From contig OX597827.1 in NCBI GenBank assembly GCA_951406725.2, forward strand, positions 56,048,001 through 56,112,000: a DNA stretch of 64,000 nucleotides, written 5' to 3'. The translations under genes were made by a program, and so were the position numbers. Shown piece by piece: positions 13,720 to 27,090 of this stretch. Under the pieces are notes generated by a model. It saw only the letters and a program-made list of their open reading frames with translations, had not been told where the DNA came from and did not search any database. The stretch comes from Octopus vulgaris. Lineage: Eukaryota. Numbering within the stretch: the stretch's first letter is position 1; each line of letters opens with the position of its first letter.

Positions 13720-13803
13720 CTTTCCTGATGAGAAGATTGCATTATTTTACACCGTTTATTCCTTTGGAATAAAACCAGTGTTGTCTTCGAAACATGTCGA
13801 AAG
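13720..13803 (+). ncRNA. Type-I hammerhead ribozyme (PLE pseudo-LTR type), intact core
   Basis: CUUUC-CUGAUGA-GAAGA..long loop..UCUUC-GAAAC-AU-GUC-GAAAG; stems I and II pair fully, palindromic stem III ACAUGU, GUC cleavage triplet. Confidence 0.8.
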
Positions 13804-13999
13804 TAAAAGAATTTGAATAGCATCTGCGTTCAACTCCATCTATTTACTTATACTACACAAATTACTGCACATTAACCCGGAGTTTCTACCTTTAAACAGG
13901 TCGCTACATCCTTGTTACTTGCGTGAATTTTGCTACCCTGGTAACTGTTTATTGAATTTTGCTACCCTGGTAACTGTTTATTGAATTTTCCATGTTAAC

Positions 14000-14064
<65 letters not shown>

Positions 14065-14678
14065 TGCGTGTGTGTATGTGTGTGTGCGTGTGTGTGTGTG
14101 TGCGTGCGTGTGTGTGTGTGTATTTTCCCCTTGCTAACAATTAACACGGAAAAAAAAGATAAATAGTTACCAGGGTAGCAAAAAATAGGTGTATAGAAGG
14201 GTAAGGGATAATTTAGAATGGTTGATTCTCTCAATCTCGATACCTTATGACAAACGTAAGGAATTCTGTCTTCTCTGTAATTCTGAACTATTTTTCATTA
14301 TTTTTTCCAAAAATCCCCTAGTAAACAAGGTTATAGAGCGTGCATACCGATGTAAACATTGGCAAAAACACACCTTTAGTTCATATAAATAATCTCTATC
14401 ATTATATGTAACTTAAACATTAATTTTCTTTTTATATTTAACATTCACTAAAAAGTATACATATTTTCCTAGTTTATATGGTTTTATTTAATATATATAT
14501 AGTCATATACTTCTCATTTATTTAACTTTTCCTTAATTTATCCCTCCCCTTTCTATAGGCTACCTCTGACGTTATATCATATAACGTTTTTTCAAACAAT
14601 AATAATAGCATTTAGTTAATCACTATACATATCCATCATTTTCTGTTAAAATGTCTTATTGACGAGTTTCATTTCTTC

Positions 14679-14767
14679 ACTTCCCTGAAGAGAAGATTAC
14701 ATTGTTTTACACAATTTTATTCCTTTGAAATAATATCAGTGATATCTTCGAAACATGTGTCAGAAGT
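14679..14767 (+). ncRNA. Second hammerhead copy (direct repeat of 13720-13803)
   Basis: ACUUCC-CUGAAGA-GAAGAU..AUCUUC-GAAAC-AUGU-GUC-AGAAGU. Confidence 0.7.
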
Positions 14768-14800
14768 AAAAGTATTTGAATCACACCTGGGTTAAACTCC

Positions 14801-14852
<52 letters not shown>

Positions 14853-17800
14853 CGGGCTTCCACTGGTCGGTTCTGGTATATAGTAGAAGATACTTGCCCA
14901 TGGTATAGGGCAATGGGACTGAACCTCAAACCACGTGGTTGTAAAGTGAGCTTCCTAACCACATCAATCAATGGAAGCTAGGAAAAGCAAAGCTTAACGC
15001 CATGGAGATTTGATTTCAGAATACAGAGAAATGAAAGTAAAATATTTATAAGATGCTTATTCTGACATACTACCCTCTTTACCAATTCGATGTTATGATG
15101 AACAGTGCACAGATAGTTTTAAATGTCTACGGAATATATAAGTGATGAAACAAAAATGCCTTTCAGATAGTATAAGGGTACGTATAAGGGAAAATGCAAA
15201 TCTCTTGCTTAGGCTATGAATTCCAATATGGGTTCTACTGCACCCATCATGCCAAGAGGTGCGGTGTGAATATTAAAAGAAACGTAATAATTTGTTTATA
15301 TAAATGAATAAATAAATACATTCCTATGATGCGTGTAGGCGTTATTGTTACTCCTATCGATGTTCTTGTGCTATTCAATTCTAGAGTTATTGTTTGACCT
15401 ACTCTTTTTGCTCATGCCTATAAAGCTGAACACTTGTGTCCCGAAAATATTTGGAAGTTACTAAGGTAGTCACTATCTTGAACCTGAAGACAGAAGTTTC
15501 CAACCAATTGTCTGGTTGATTAATTATATTCCGAAGGCAGCGAGCGAGCTAGCAAAATCGTTAGTACGTGAGACAAAATGCTTATCGGCGTTTCGTCCGT
15601 CTCTACGTTCTGAGTTCAAATTCCACCAAGATTGACTTCACCTTTCATCCTTTCAGAGTCGTTAAAATAAGCACCAGCTGAGTCCTGGGGTTGATTTAGC
15701 CCCTTCCCCCGAACTTACTGGTTTTGTGCCAAAATTTGAAACCAATATTCACTTCGTATGGTTTATTAGGAGAAATGACGCCTATGACATTTAAACGCTT
15801 CAAGAGGCTAGAGAAGTCTGTAAGGTTTATATTCAGATTCCACGTTCGTTAGTAGATGTCTTTGGTGGGAAGGGAATTCTAGCAGGTTTACATTACGGAG
15901 TAAAGTGATTAGGAATAGTGATTAATCAGGGACCTAGATAGTGAAACACAACAGAAAATGATGAGAGTGTACAAAACGAATGTGTTTCGGATAGGCTTGG
16001 ATGAGTGTTGTTTGCAAATTTATAGAGTAGTGGAGGCTGTTGTAGTAGCAGTAAAATAGGCAGAGTATGTTTGCGTGTGTATGGGGAAGAAAATGCAATT
16101 TATCTTTGGTTCAAAGATTACAGTGAGTCAATGAGTAAATCTTTGATAGTTAGTCGGATCACCTTTTGTATGCGGGCTAGAATGTTTGTGTATGTATACC
16201 AGTTGTGAGAGCTGTGCTCTATTGTGGATCTCACTGAGCTTTATTGAGAATCATCAGTTGATCAGTTTATAAGTTTATTCAATCTATGAAGAAAATTAAT
16301 CTTTGGGACATAGATATAGGTATGTTAAGTATTGCCAAACGTATTTTGATGAAAGTACCAGATTTAGCAAAATAAAAGTGCCAAATTTTGCTCAATTTGC
16401 TCAATAATTGTTGTTGATAAGGATCCGTACAAATTGTATTCACCTCAATAGACGTCATTGATTGGTTGAAATTGCCGAAATGCAAGAAATTAAACAACAA
16501 ATAGCTTACAAACTACAGAAATTTCTCAAGAAAGCCAAGAGAAAAAGATGTTTTATAAACACATCTACCAGTATACGAAGTTTAAAAGTGTTTAGTTACA
16601 AAGAAATTATGTTTAAAATCTGCCGGTCAAAGCGAAAAGATCCACAATTTGTAGTAATTTTGTAGTAAATTTGTAGTAATTTTGAGAATTATAATTACGT
16701 GTTGTTCATTTTAAAGAGGTTGAAATATCATGTTGTTTCCGTCAAATGAACAACAATTGATTCTCCTTGCTGTTAAGACAACGTTGAAAAATCTTTTCGA
16801 GAAGTTATGACATGTGGTGTCTAAGTTGCACGTGAATGATGTTTTCTTTGTAGTGCTAAAGGAGGGGTTATGTGTGATATAATTTACGTGGGAGTGAGCA
16901 TTGCTGACGATGATAGTAAGTTGTTGGGGGACATAACTGAACAAAAGTTGATAGTGTTGAACAGAAAGAGCTCAGCCAGCGAACTCTGTGATGGTACAAT
17001 CTGACAAGAGGCTTCAAATTCAAGAGATGTAAAACAGATAGAACTCCTAGCCTAGTTATGAGATTTCCATACAGTTGATATCAGATTTCAAAGGGTTAAA
17101 CATTTGAAAGATATCTCCCAGGTAGGGCAGCATTCTTTTGCAGATTTTACCCATAGAATAATTTTGAAATCAGTACTGTGTGCACATGAGACAGACATCA
17201 GTTATATAGTGCTTCATCTGCCTACATCTGTATCTATTTGTGGAATCTATATAAAACTAGTTATCTCCGCCACAGATAGAGCCCAGGACTCTGAGAGGAA
17301 TTTTTCAAAGTGTACACAGTTTCTTCTGGGACACCCTGTTTTTTTTTCTGTGGATATTAGTCTTCAAAATATACAAATATTTCCTGAGATCCCAGAATAT
17401 TCTGGGTCTGAGTACGATGTACCCACTGCACCAACAACGCCATGGATACAGCACAATACAACACTGGTATTAGGATAGGGACCATCGACCTTTCGGTTGA
17501 TAATCTACACTTCTATTGATTGTGTATGCGGACGAAATCATAACATGCAAACAAAAATTGTTTGCATGTTATGATTTTGTCCGCATACAAATTCCAACCC
17601 ATTTTGTTGGAATATTATTTTGTCTATTAAAGGATTCTCATTTGTCATTCACTGCAATACGTTTGCTGCCTGCAGCAACGAACTAACAAGTACTAACGGC
17701 ATATAAGACGCAATATTTTTCGTGTGTGTGTGTGTGTATATATGTTTTTTTTAAATTATCCTGCGTGTAGCACGGCCGTATAAAGGATGGGAAACAGTAT

Positions 17801-20800
17801 TGTGGGCTAGAAAGCCGGACGAGCATAAGTCCACTAGGTACAAAAATTCTAATAATAAAATATTACTTTCAAGTTTTCGGTGAAGGGATAGGCCAATTAG
17901 ATTGATCCCAGTGCTCAACTGGTACTTATTTTATTGACCTCCGAAAATATGAAAAACAAAGTCGACCTCGGCGGAATTTGAACTCAGAACGTAAAGACGG
18001 ACGAAATACCGCTAAATATTTTGCCCCGGCGTGCTAAGGATTCTGCCAACTCACCGCCTTCTAATGATAAAATATTTGTTTTAAACTTTGGCACAAGGCC
18101 AGAAATTTCGGGGACCTGGTTAAATCGATTAAATTGGCTCTCAGTGCTCAGCTGGTACTCATTGATCCCGAAAGAATGACAGGCAAAGTCGACCTCGGCG
18201 GAACGTAAACTCAGACGAAATACCTATTTCTTTACTACCCACAAGGGGCTAAACACAGAGGGGACAAACAAGGACAGACAAATGGATTAAGTCGATTATA
18301 TCGACCCCAGTGCGTAACTGGTACTTATTTAATCGACCCCGAAAGGATGAAAGGCAAAGTCGACCGCGGCAGAATTTGAACTCAGAACGTAGCGGCAGAC
18401 GAAATACCGCTAAGAATTTTGCCCTGCGTGCTAAAAGTTCTGCCAGCTCGCTGCCTTAGTCTAATAATGAAATATTGAAAACAAACCAAAATATCACTAT
18501 CCCTTAACACAAACTTACAAAACATTGCTTAAGGTACATCGTCAGTTATGTGAAAGGGCCACATCATTCTTATACCTCGTTCCTCAGCGTATATAACCCA
18601 CCCTTGATATGTAACTTACATTATTTAATGACTTCGTTACCTTTAAAAAATTGCTTGTTTTTTTTTGTTTTTTTCCATTACCTAAATGAAAAATTCTCCT
18701 AGATAGATGAAAGGAATGTTAAATTTTCATCCGCCTGTCATCTATTTCCAACGAGTGGTTGCAAATAGCTGATAGCCGTTGTGTGCCATTTTGTTGGCGG
18801 ATCACGGTTACATAAAGCGCCATAGCCAGAAATACCAGTTTTACATCTTGTATATCAATTCTCTTGGCCAAAATGTAAACAAATATACAGTTGATCTGAA
18901 AGAAGATAAAGTTGAGAGACAGTACTTCTATAACGTAGTTTATTTATGATAAATTTATGGCTTCATACTTCGCTCTTGTATACTGTCACAACATTGTATT
19001 AACATCCACAGAATCGTACATCTTTATTTACAAAACCACTTTCAAATATCTTTCAAGAAGTGTACGAAGAAACATACTAAATTTGATATTTTTCACAAAA
19101 TATACTTGTAAAATAGGATTGCGTCTTATGCGAGAAATGTGTCTTATAAGTCAGCGAATGCGGTACTTATTTCTATATAGTATCTGCTTTTATTCGGAAG
19201 GGCAGAACTGTAAGTGCTTGGACTATCACGTAAGAATTAATTAGAAATCGAGTATCAAGTAATTGCATTATCATTAGTTATTTATCGTGAATTCGTACTG
19301 AATAAAGTATTAATTAATATGTGGTTGGTTATTTGAATCTGTGAGAAGATACTCATTTACAGCTGAGTTCACTGGTTCAACGTGAAATAAAGTGTTTTAC
19401 TCAAAAACACAACGCACCGCCCAATCCAGGAATCGAAACCATGATCTTACGATTGTGAGTGCAACATCCTAACCACTAGGCCATATGCCTTCACCGTCTT
19501 CATATACTTTGGGTAAATCAGACGGACAGAATTCATCCCTCTACAAGCTTTGCATTTGGGATCAAGTGGACCTTAGTATTTCAAACTAACGAACCTCTTA
19601 TAATTTAAAGGGGTTCAATTCAACTGCGCGGCACGTCTTCTTAGCCTTATGCAGGTGTCTTCAGCCATAACCTCGGACCGACTCCGAGGAACTTATGTGG
19701 GAACTGTCAAATGGCCCTTTCCTCTTCTTGTATGCTAGTCTTAATACATCGTCCGGTTTCACACCATCACCTGGCTATTTACTGTTATTAGGGGAGTCCA
19801 ATCTGTTGCAAGCATCCGTATTAAGTCCCGATCTGAGGATAACTTCATCCCTTCCTATGACGCGTCGCGGAAACCTTGAAAAAAGTCGTACGCACTATCC
19901 TTCTTTCTCTCGGATTATAACGGATTATAAAAGACAAACAAATCATTTTAATCTTAAACAGCGAAATAGCGGAATTATAAGAGCGTCGGATAGAATGCCC
20001 CCACAGTATTAGTTCTAGCTCTCGGCTTTCTGTGTTTAAGCCCCGCCGAGGTTAATTTTGCCTTTCTTGCATTGAAAATATTTCCAGAGGGAAGTGACAT
20101 GAAGGGGTATTTAGTGTTTTGTGTAATAGCAAGGAACACGGGAAAATTCTGCCTGATCAAGACCCCAAGATCATATGTGCGAAACACTTTGACCCATTAT
20201 AACACATTGGATATAACAAGGGGCCAGATTGATATCCGATGGTTGAGCTTCCTATGTTAGTCTAGGTCACATATATAGTTATGAAGTTGTCAATCATTCT
20301 TTAAATTGCGTTGATCCAACGATGAGAGCATTCCATTCATGAACTATCGAAGAACGGTGGATATTTCCCCAAGAAACTCAGGTGACAATACAGAACGAAT
20401 GGTGCCTTATTAAGATAATAATCTGTATAAGTATATTTGATAGCAAAAATTGACTGTGAAAAATCTATATTTACGCTCTATGCATAGTTTTCATGTTATG
20501 TAAATATATTGGTTTCACATTTTGGCACAAGGCCAGCAATATTAGGGGGAGGGGTAAGTCGATTACATTGATCCCAGTGTTTCACTGGTGCTTAATTTAT
20601 CGATTCCAAAACGATGAAACACAAAGTCGACATTGGTGGATTTGAACTCAGAATGTAAAGATGGATGAAATGCCGCTAAGCATTTTGCTTGGCGTGCTTA
20701 ACGGTTCCGTCTTAAAAATCCGTCTTAAAAATCACCCGATAATAATAATGGCCGAAATAAGATTAAGATTAATGTAAAAAATAAATAAAGCTGAAGCAAA

Positions 20801-20814
20801 TTAACACCAAATAT

Positions 20815-22636
20815 ATAGTGCGTGTGTTTTTATTGGCTAAATTGGCAACATGACCATTCCTAAATACAATATATGTTTCAACACACGATTTCACATCAAG
20901 AATCTTGCAAAACAAATATATAAACGTGATAATAATAATATTCTCTTTAAAACTTTCATTAGCGTTGTCCCCAATTCCATTACGACATCCAATAATTTTC
21001 TTATTAACATTCACCCTACCATCGTTGTTATTACCATATCTAAATTCCTCCAGCTCCAATTATCTCACCTCCTCCACCATCTCCATTACAGCCACAATCT
21101 CCTCAACAACCATCTCCTTCCCAATCTCGTCCTATCCCACCAAATCCTTCCATTCCCCACACCTCATTCCTTCACCATCACCGCCACCACTACCACCACC
21201 ACCACCACCACCACCACATTCCCTTGCAATACCTTCTACTGCCATTTCATTGCCTCCACAAGCACGACCACAATTACTACGACGACGACGACTACCACCA
21301 CCACCACCACTACCATTACCATTGCGCACAAAAGGAAAATACAATATCCCATCCAAAAACAAAGTATTAAAGAAAAAATCAAAATATATCAACTAGATTA
21401 TGGCTGGCAGATAACAGTTTACTCAAAGTATCTGCCCTCAGCTTCCACCGCAGCCTCAAAACGGCTCTGGAAACCTGGCGCAAGAGTTCCTCATTGTGTC
21501 CCTGGGAAGATCTTCGAACACCTCCTTGATCTTGACCATCACCAGCTCGGCCTTGGTGTTGCAGGCAGAGCATTTGGTGTCTTTCTCATCCCACAATTAC
21601 ACACACAATAATCTATAGGATTATGATATAGGGAATTAGAAAGCCAGAAATTGGGGCTGGTGAAGTCGTAGGAATTATCCGACAACCACTTCTCACTATT
21701 TCTAACTGTAAGGCATGGAACCGAACCCTGCTACCACACATATGGTCTTCCAGCAGCAACCCTTTTCAGCCAGAGATTGATCACACTCTCCAACAGCTTC
21801 GCCCAGCCGTTTGAATTGAGCCTAGGGCCCTGTTCAAAGAGGAAAGGAATTCTGGTGTGCAGACGGAGTCACAGCGTTTACTGTGTCCCTTCCTGCTGGC
21901 CATGGCTTCGTTGTCTCCGTTGCAGCTGTCCATGTCACGTTTATCAGCCTTTACAATGTTCGCAGAGCATAGAACAGCAGTTATCATTTCGGTATTTTGA
22001 TACCCAGCCCGAATCGTGATACAGGGAGAGCAACACTTTTCTAATATTTGGATGGCTTCTAAGGCGGCGAGCTGGCAGAGACGTTAGCACGGGCGAAATG
22101 CGTAGCGGTATTTCGTCTGTCGTAGCGTTCTGAGTTCAAATTCCGTCGAGGTCGACTTTGCCTTTTATCTTTTCGGGGTCGGTTAAATAAGTACCAGTTA
22201 CGCACTGGAGTCGATATAATCGACTTAATCCGTTTGTCTGTCCTTGTTTGTCCCCTCTGTGTTTAGCCCCTTGTGGGTAGTAAAGAAATAGGTATTTCGT
22301 CTGCCGCTACGTTCTGAGTTCAAAATCCACCGAGGTCGACTTTGCTTTTCATCCTTTCGGGGTCAATTAAATAAATACCAGTTACGCACTGGGATCGATA
22401 TTATTGACTTAATCCCTTTGTCTGTCCTTGTTTGTCCCCTCTGTTTAGCCCTCCTGTGGGCAATAAAAAAATAAATATTTAGATGGCTTCCACTTCGCCA
22501 TATCAGCTTGTTTTTTTCTCAACTACAACTCTAATATTTATGCTCTCCAACGCCGTCGACTGTTCACCAATACTTCAAGCTGTTCCTGAAAAACAGGAGA
22601 CAAAAAAATCGCCAAATTTAGCCCAAACACACTGTA
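20815..22636 (-). mobile_element. Decayed Tc1/mariner-superfamily (maT/DD37D-like) transposon, interrupted by a SINE and a low-complexity tract
   Basis: TIR TA-CAGTGTGTTTGGGCTAAATTTGGCG at 22636-22610, with a similar copy near 20815-20850; transposase remnants from ATG at ~22501 (MAKWKPS), NFWLSNSP..NPIDY, and RFEAAVEAEGRYFE*. Confidence 0.7.
22061..22474 (+). mobile_element. tRNA-derived SINE (Nin/Deu-like body GCCTTTCATCCTTTCGGGGTCGA), partial dimer; about 18 copies of this family in the window (e.g. 4836, 10320-10728, 18085-18457, 23050-23449, 36596-37045, 42102, 57019)
   Basis: Head AAGGCGGCGAGCTGGCAGA...GAGTTCAAATTCC; TSD AATATTT(G/A)GATGGCTTC. Confidence 0.85.
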
Positions 22637-23522
22637 AAACAAAATTTCTCGTTTTTGAATGAGTTCAGGGGAAGAAGTATGAGGGGCTGTGGCGGCGATA
22701 GTGAGAGTAGTGGCGGTGGTGATAGCTGTATTGGTAGTAGCAGTGAGCGGAAAGTATGTGTCAATTTGCGCGCGCGCGCACACGCCTGTGTCCACCAGAA
22801 GACGGGAAGGCATTGTTTATTACTAAGGTGGCCTGTGATTGGTAGAAAAATCCTCGCGCCACATATAAGATCACCTTATGTCAGAAATGAAGGTAAATAA
22901 CATAAAATAAAATAAAATAAAACAAGACACCAGTGATAGAGTTTTAGTTTGACGGCAGTAGCAACTGCAAGAAAAGGACGACGGTGGTGGTGGTGGTGGT
23001 GGTGGTGGTGGTGGGTTTTTTTCTCCATAGTTTTAGTGATGGTAGCATTTCTTTATTGCCCATAGGGGACTAAACATAGAGGGGACAAACAAGGGGATTA
23101 AGTCGATTATATCGATCCCAGTGATTGACTGGTACTTATTTAATCGACCCCGAAAGGATGAAAGGCAAAGTCAACCTCGGCGGAATTTGAACTCAGAACG
23201 TAACAGCAGACGAAATACCTATTTCTTTATTACCCACAAGGGGCTAAACACAGAGGGGACAAAGAAGGACAGACATAGGTATTAAGTCGATTACATCGAC
23301 CCCAGTGCGTAACTGGTACTTAATTTATCGACCCCGAAAGGATGAAAGGCAAAGTCGACCTCGGCGGAATTTGAACTCACAACGTAACGCAGACGAAATA
23401 CCCGTAAGCTTTCGCCCGGCGTGCTAACGTTTCTGCCAGCTCGCCGCCCTAGTGATGGTAGCATTGTACATTTAATGGTTAGTGGTGATAGTAGTGCTGT
23501 TAGTGGATATTATGGTGGTGGT

Positions 23523-23688
23523 CAGGGCCGGTCCTGGGGTTGATTGTGCCCCGGGCAAGCTGAAGTTCGGCGTGTAGAAGCTGACGGTCGTGGAAATTTC
23601 CTTGTCTTTGTCTCGCTCTCCTTGGCGTCCCCTAGCGTATGGCGCCCCGGGCGACTGCCCGAGTTGCCGGTACCTTCAGCCAGCCCTG
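23523..23688. mobile_element. GC-rich hAT MITE
   Basis: CAGGGCCGG ... CCAGCCCTG TIRs; 8-bp TSD GTGGTGGT / GTGGTGGA. Confidence 0.7.
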
Positions 23689-23927
23689 GTGGTGGAGGTA
23701 TGTAGCGTTAGTGGTGATGTAGTTTACCTCCGTTTTTGTGGACCCTGACTGAGCCATGACTATCTCAGTTTATTTATTTCAGACGTAGGTGTGGTTGTGT
23801 GGTTAAGAAATTTGCTTCCCAACCATATGATCATGGGTACAGTCCTACTGCGTGGCACACTGGGCAAGTGTTGCCTACAATAACCCCGGAGTAAACAGAA
23901 ACTGAAAGAAAAACCGCTGGTTGCGCG

Positions 23928-23982
<55 letters not shown>

Positions 23983-24029
23983 GCGCGCGCTTTTGTAGTT
24001 GTTCCCCACCATAAAAGTTGCCTTGTACC

Positions 24030-24640
24030 GTGCGTGTCTTCTGACGTCGCTCGGACCCTTTTCAGGCATCATGTAAGGGTCCTTGAACGCCTCCACCAGA
24101 GATATGCGAGACACATTCTGAAGGTTGGCTGGTTCTTGTGGACTCCAAACACACAGGTCTTAAGAGAAGCTGACGCACTGTGCATTGAGGCGATGGTACA
24201 CAAGCACCGTTTACGTTGGGCTGGACACCTCTTTCAGATGAATGATCGGAGGATCCCTAAACAGAAGCTCTATGGCTAAATTGTTTGTGGAAAATGCCTC
24301 AGCGAAAACCAAGACTACAATTTAAAGATTGTGTATAATAATCCTCGTTGAAAGCTTGTGAAATATGGGAGGTCATTTGGGAAGGTAAAGCTTGTCACCA
24401 GTGGAGGAAACAAGTAAAAGTGAGAATGGGTATTTTCAGAAAAACGCATTTTTCATACGGAATTTAAGAGAAAAAATCGAAAAGGCTTCCCCAGTGCAGT
24501 GAATGGGGGAAGCTTGGCCTGCAGTGTTTGCGGACGTGTTTTTTTTTCAAGATCTGGACTCCACAAGTGTAAAATATAAATTTGTATGAGTGCCCAATGT
24601 TCTTAATGGTCAGTGATGGTCTCTTCGGTCACGAGTAGAC
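24030..24640 (+). mobile_element. RTE-clade LINE 3' fragment
   Basis: LERLHQR..RHIL...NTQVL...HRLRWAGHLFQMNDRRIPKQ.LYG, typical of the RTE ORF C-terminus. Confidence 0.8.
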
Positions 24641-26378
24641 ATCCATCATGTATCTATGTGTATGTCTTTGTGCTTGTACCCATGACCGCTTGACAATCGA
24701 TTTTAGTTTGGTTTATGTCCCTGTAACTTAGCGGTTCGACAAAAAAGACCGATAGAATAAGTGTCAGGCTTAAAAATAAATACTGGGGTAGATTTGTTGA
24801 TGGGCAAATTGCAGCCCGCTTCTCGAAAAAGGTTGTTCGTGCCTGGACCAAATCCCTCGAAGCTGTGCCCCAGCATGGCCGTTGTCCAATGACTGAAGTA
24901 AACGAGGATCAAAGATAGTGATTTTAAGGAAAATTTAACGGCTATTTTTAAGTTTGGCGATAACGTAAAGACGCCTTGTTCCCTTGTGTCTGTTGTTTGG
25001 CTCCAAGGAAAGATTGATCGCTATTTGATGAGAAGCGTTCAAATTGTTATCTTCCCGCTGTTTTAGGATTATGTAAAATTACATTAGGATCCAATGTTTT
25101 CTCCCCTTTTTAAGACGATAGGGTATTATCATCATCATCATCATCATCATCATCATCTAAGTTAATCTTCCCACAGGTGTATTTGCGTACGGACCTTTAG
25201 TTATTTTTCTTTCAGATAATCGGGAATCTTCTGGCTTACTGTGGACCGCAACTAAATGAAATAATATGCCCGTCGCTAAGGTTGGTGGGAGCGGGTAGTG
25301 GCACTGGATGGCACTTGATGGCACAACACCCTCACTATTCAATGAAACACCCTCAGATTTAGAAAATACAGTTTACAAAAATCTTCCTGCTATACTTTTC
25401 TTGAAGACTGACTAACATGTCCATCGTTAAGGGGTTGCACTAGACGGCACTACCCTCTCACTATTCAATGGTGCACCCTCACATTTAGAAAATACTGCCC
25501 ATCGCTAAGGGGGTGCACTGGATGGCACTGCCCCCTCAATATTCAATGATGCACCTTTAGATATGGAAAATACAGTTTACAAAAATCTTGCTGCTATACA
25601 AATTAGTGCCCACCCTGAATATTCTGAAGTATCCCCAGGCCCAAAAGTTTGGCGACGGCGATAACTATAATAATCTAGGTCAGGTGATGGCAAACTTTTT
25701 ATGTCTCTCACCCCTTCATGGAATCATCGATAACTTATCGAACCCATTCACGTGGATTTCTAAAATAAAATTTAAAAGAGCAATTATTTAAAAAATTTAC
25801 TTGGCGGGGAACTATTACGGAAGAGTTATAATTTGAGGGAAATTTGGCTACTGTTTTTAGCAGATCAAGCGACCACATTAGATTAACCCACATTGGCTGT
25901 CTCGTTGATAGTGGTAGTGGTTATCGTAGTGTTATGACTGGTGGTGCTGCTGATTTTGGTTATAGTTGGTGGTGTAGGTTATGGTGAAGAAAGGTAAACA
26001 TTAAACCCAAGTAACGTAGACTAATCTTGTTAGAGACCACGTATCGGATGATTCAAGTCGGTGACATGTTACGAATCTCGCGCGTGTATGTGAGTGTGTG
26101 TATGTGTGTAATGTGTGGATGTGTCTCGTATAATGTGTTCACGTGTACGTGTGTTTGAATTATTATACCTGACAGGAAACATACGGCAGCTTTGATCTTG
26201 GCACGCCCTCCATTCCTTCCCTCCCTCTGTTGTAAATATGGTTGCCGTGTCCCATAAACCTGTTGGGGGTTTTCTTTGAGAATAACGAGGGGTTTGGAGA
26301 AAAAGGAAGGATAGAAGAGGAATTAGAAAAGAAAGGTGTATGTGTGTGTATGGAGGGGCGTGTTAATAGCTAGCTAGC

Positions 26379-26402
26379 TAGATAGATAGATAGATAGATA
26401 GG

Positions 26403-26442
<40 letters not shown>

Positions 26443-26482
26443 CAGATAGATAGATAGATAGGTAGGTAGGTAGGTAGGTAGG

Positions 26483-26546
<64 letters not shown>

Positions 26547-26586
26547 CAGACAGATACGTATATATGTATGTAGGTAGGTAGGTAGG

Positions 26587-26645
<59 letters not shown>

Positions 26646-27090
26646 ACAGGTAGGTAGGTAGGTAGATCGATAGATAGACAGACAGACAGGTAGGTAGATA
26701 GGTAGGGAGGAAGATAGATGGTAGGTAGATAGATAGATAAATAGGTAGTAGCTAGTAGATAGCTAAATAGATAGGTAGGTGGGCGTGTAGGTAGGAAGAT
26801 AGATAGACAGACAGATAGATAGGTATGTAGGTAGGAAGATAGGTAGGTAGGTAGGCAGGTAGGTAGGTAGAAAGGTAGAAAGGTAGGTAGGTAGGTAGGA
26901 AAATAAATAGATAGGTAGGTAGATAGATAAATAGGTAGGTAGATAGATAGATAAATAACTAGGTAGATAGAAAGATAAATAGATAGTTAGATAGATAAAT
27001 AGGTAGTAGCTAGTAGATAGCTAAATAAATAAGGTAGGTAGGTGTGTAGGTAGGAAGATAGACAGACAGACAGATAGATAGATAGACAGA
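26379..27090. repeat. (GATA)n/(GGTA)n compound microsatellite
   Basis: Seen directly in sequence. Confidence 0.95.

Larger units (their letters stand above)
13640..14805 (+). mobile_element. Penelope-like element 3' remnant: two pseudo-LTR repeats around a GIY-YIG endonuclease C-terminus
   Basis: ORF 14189-14392 WLILSISIPY...CLLCNSE...LVNK...RCKH resembles the PLE GIY-YIG tail (W.IL...PY...C.LC..E...LNK...C.H); homologous ~190-bp repeats at about 13650-13845 and 14615-14805. Confidence 0.75.

Noticed and set aside
18681-18894. Candidate minus-strand exon with a good acceptor
   Set aside because: All frames stop before the candidate donor and there is no partner exon.
20850-21611. 253-aa Thr/His-rich plus-strand ORF
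   Set aside because: Built from (ACC)n low-complexity DNA and the antisense of a mariner transposase end.
22538-22600. Strong-looking minus-strand acceptor and terminal exon EQLEVLVNSRRRWRA*
   Set aside because: Lies in the TIR-adjacent leader of the mariner-like element, upstream of its ATG.
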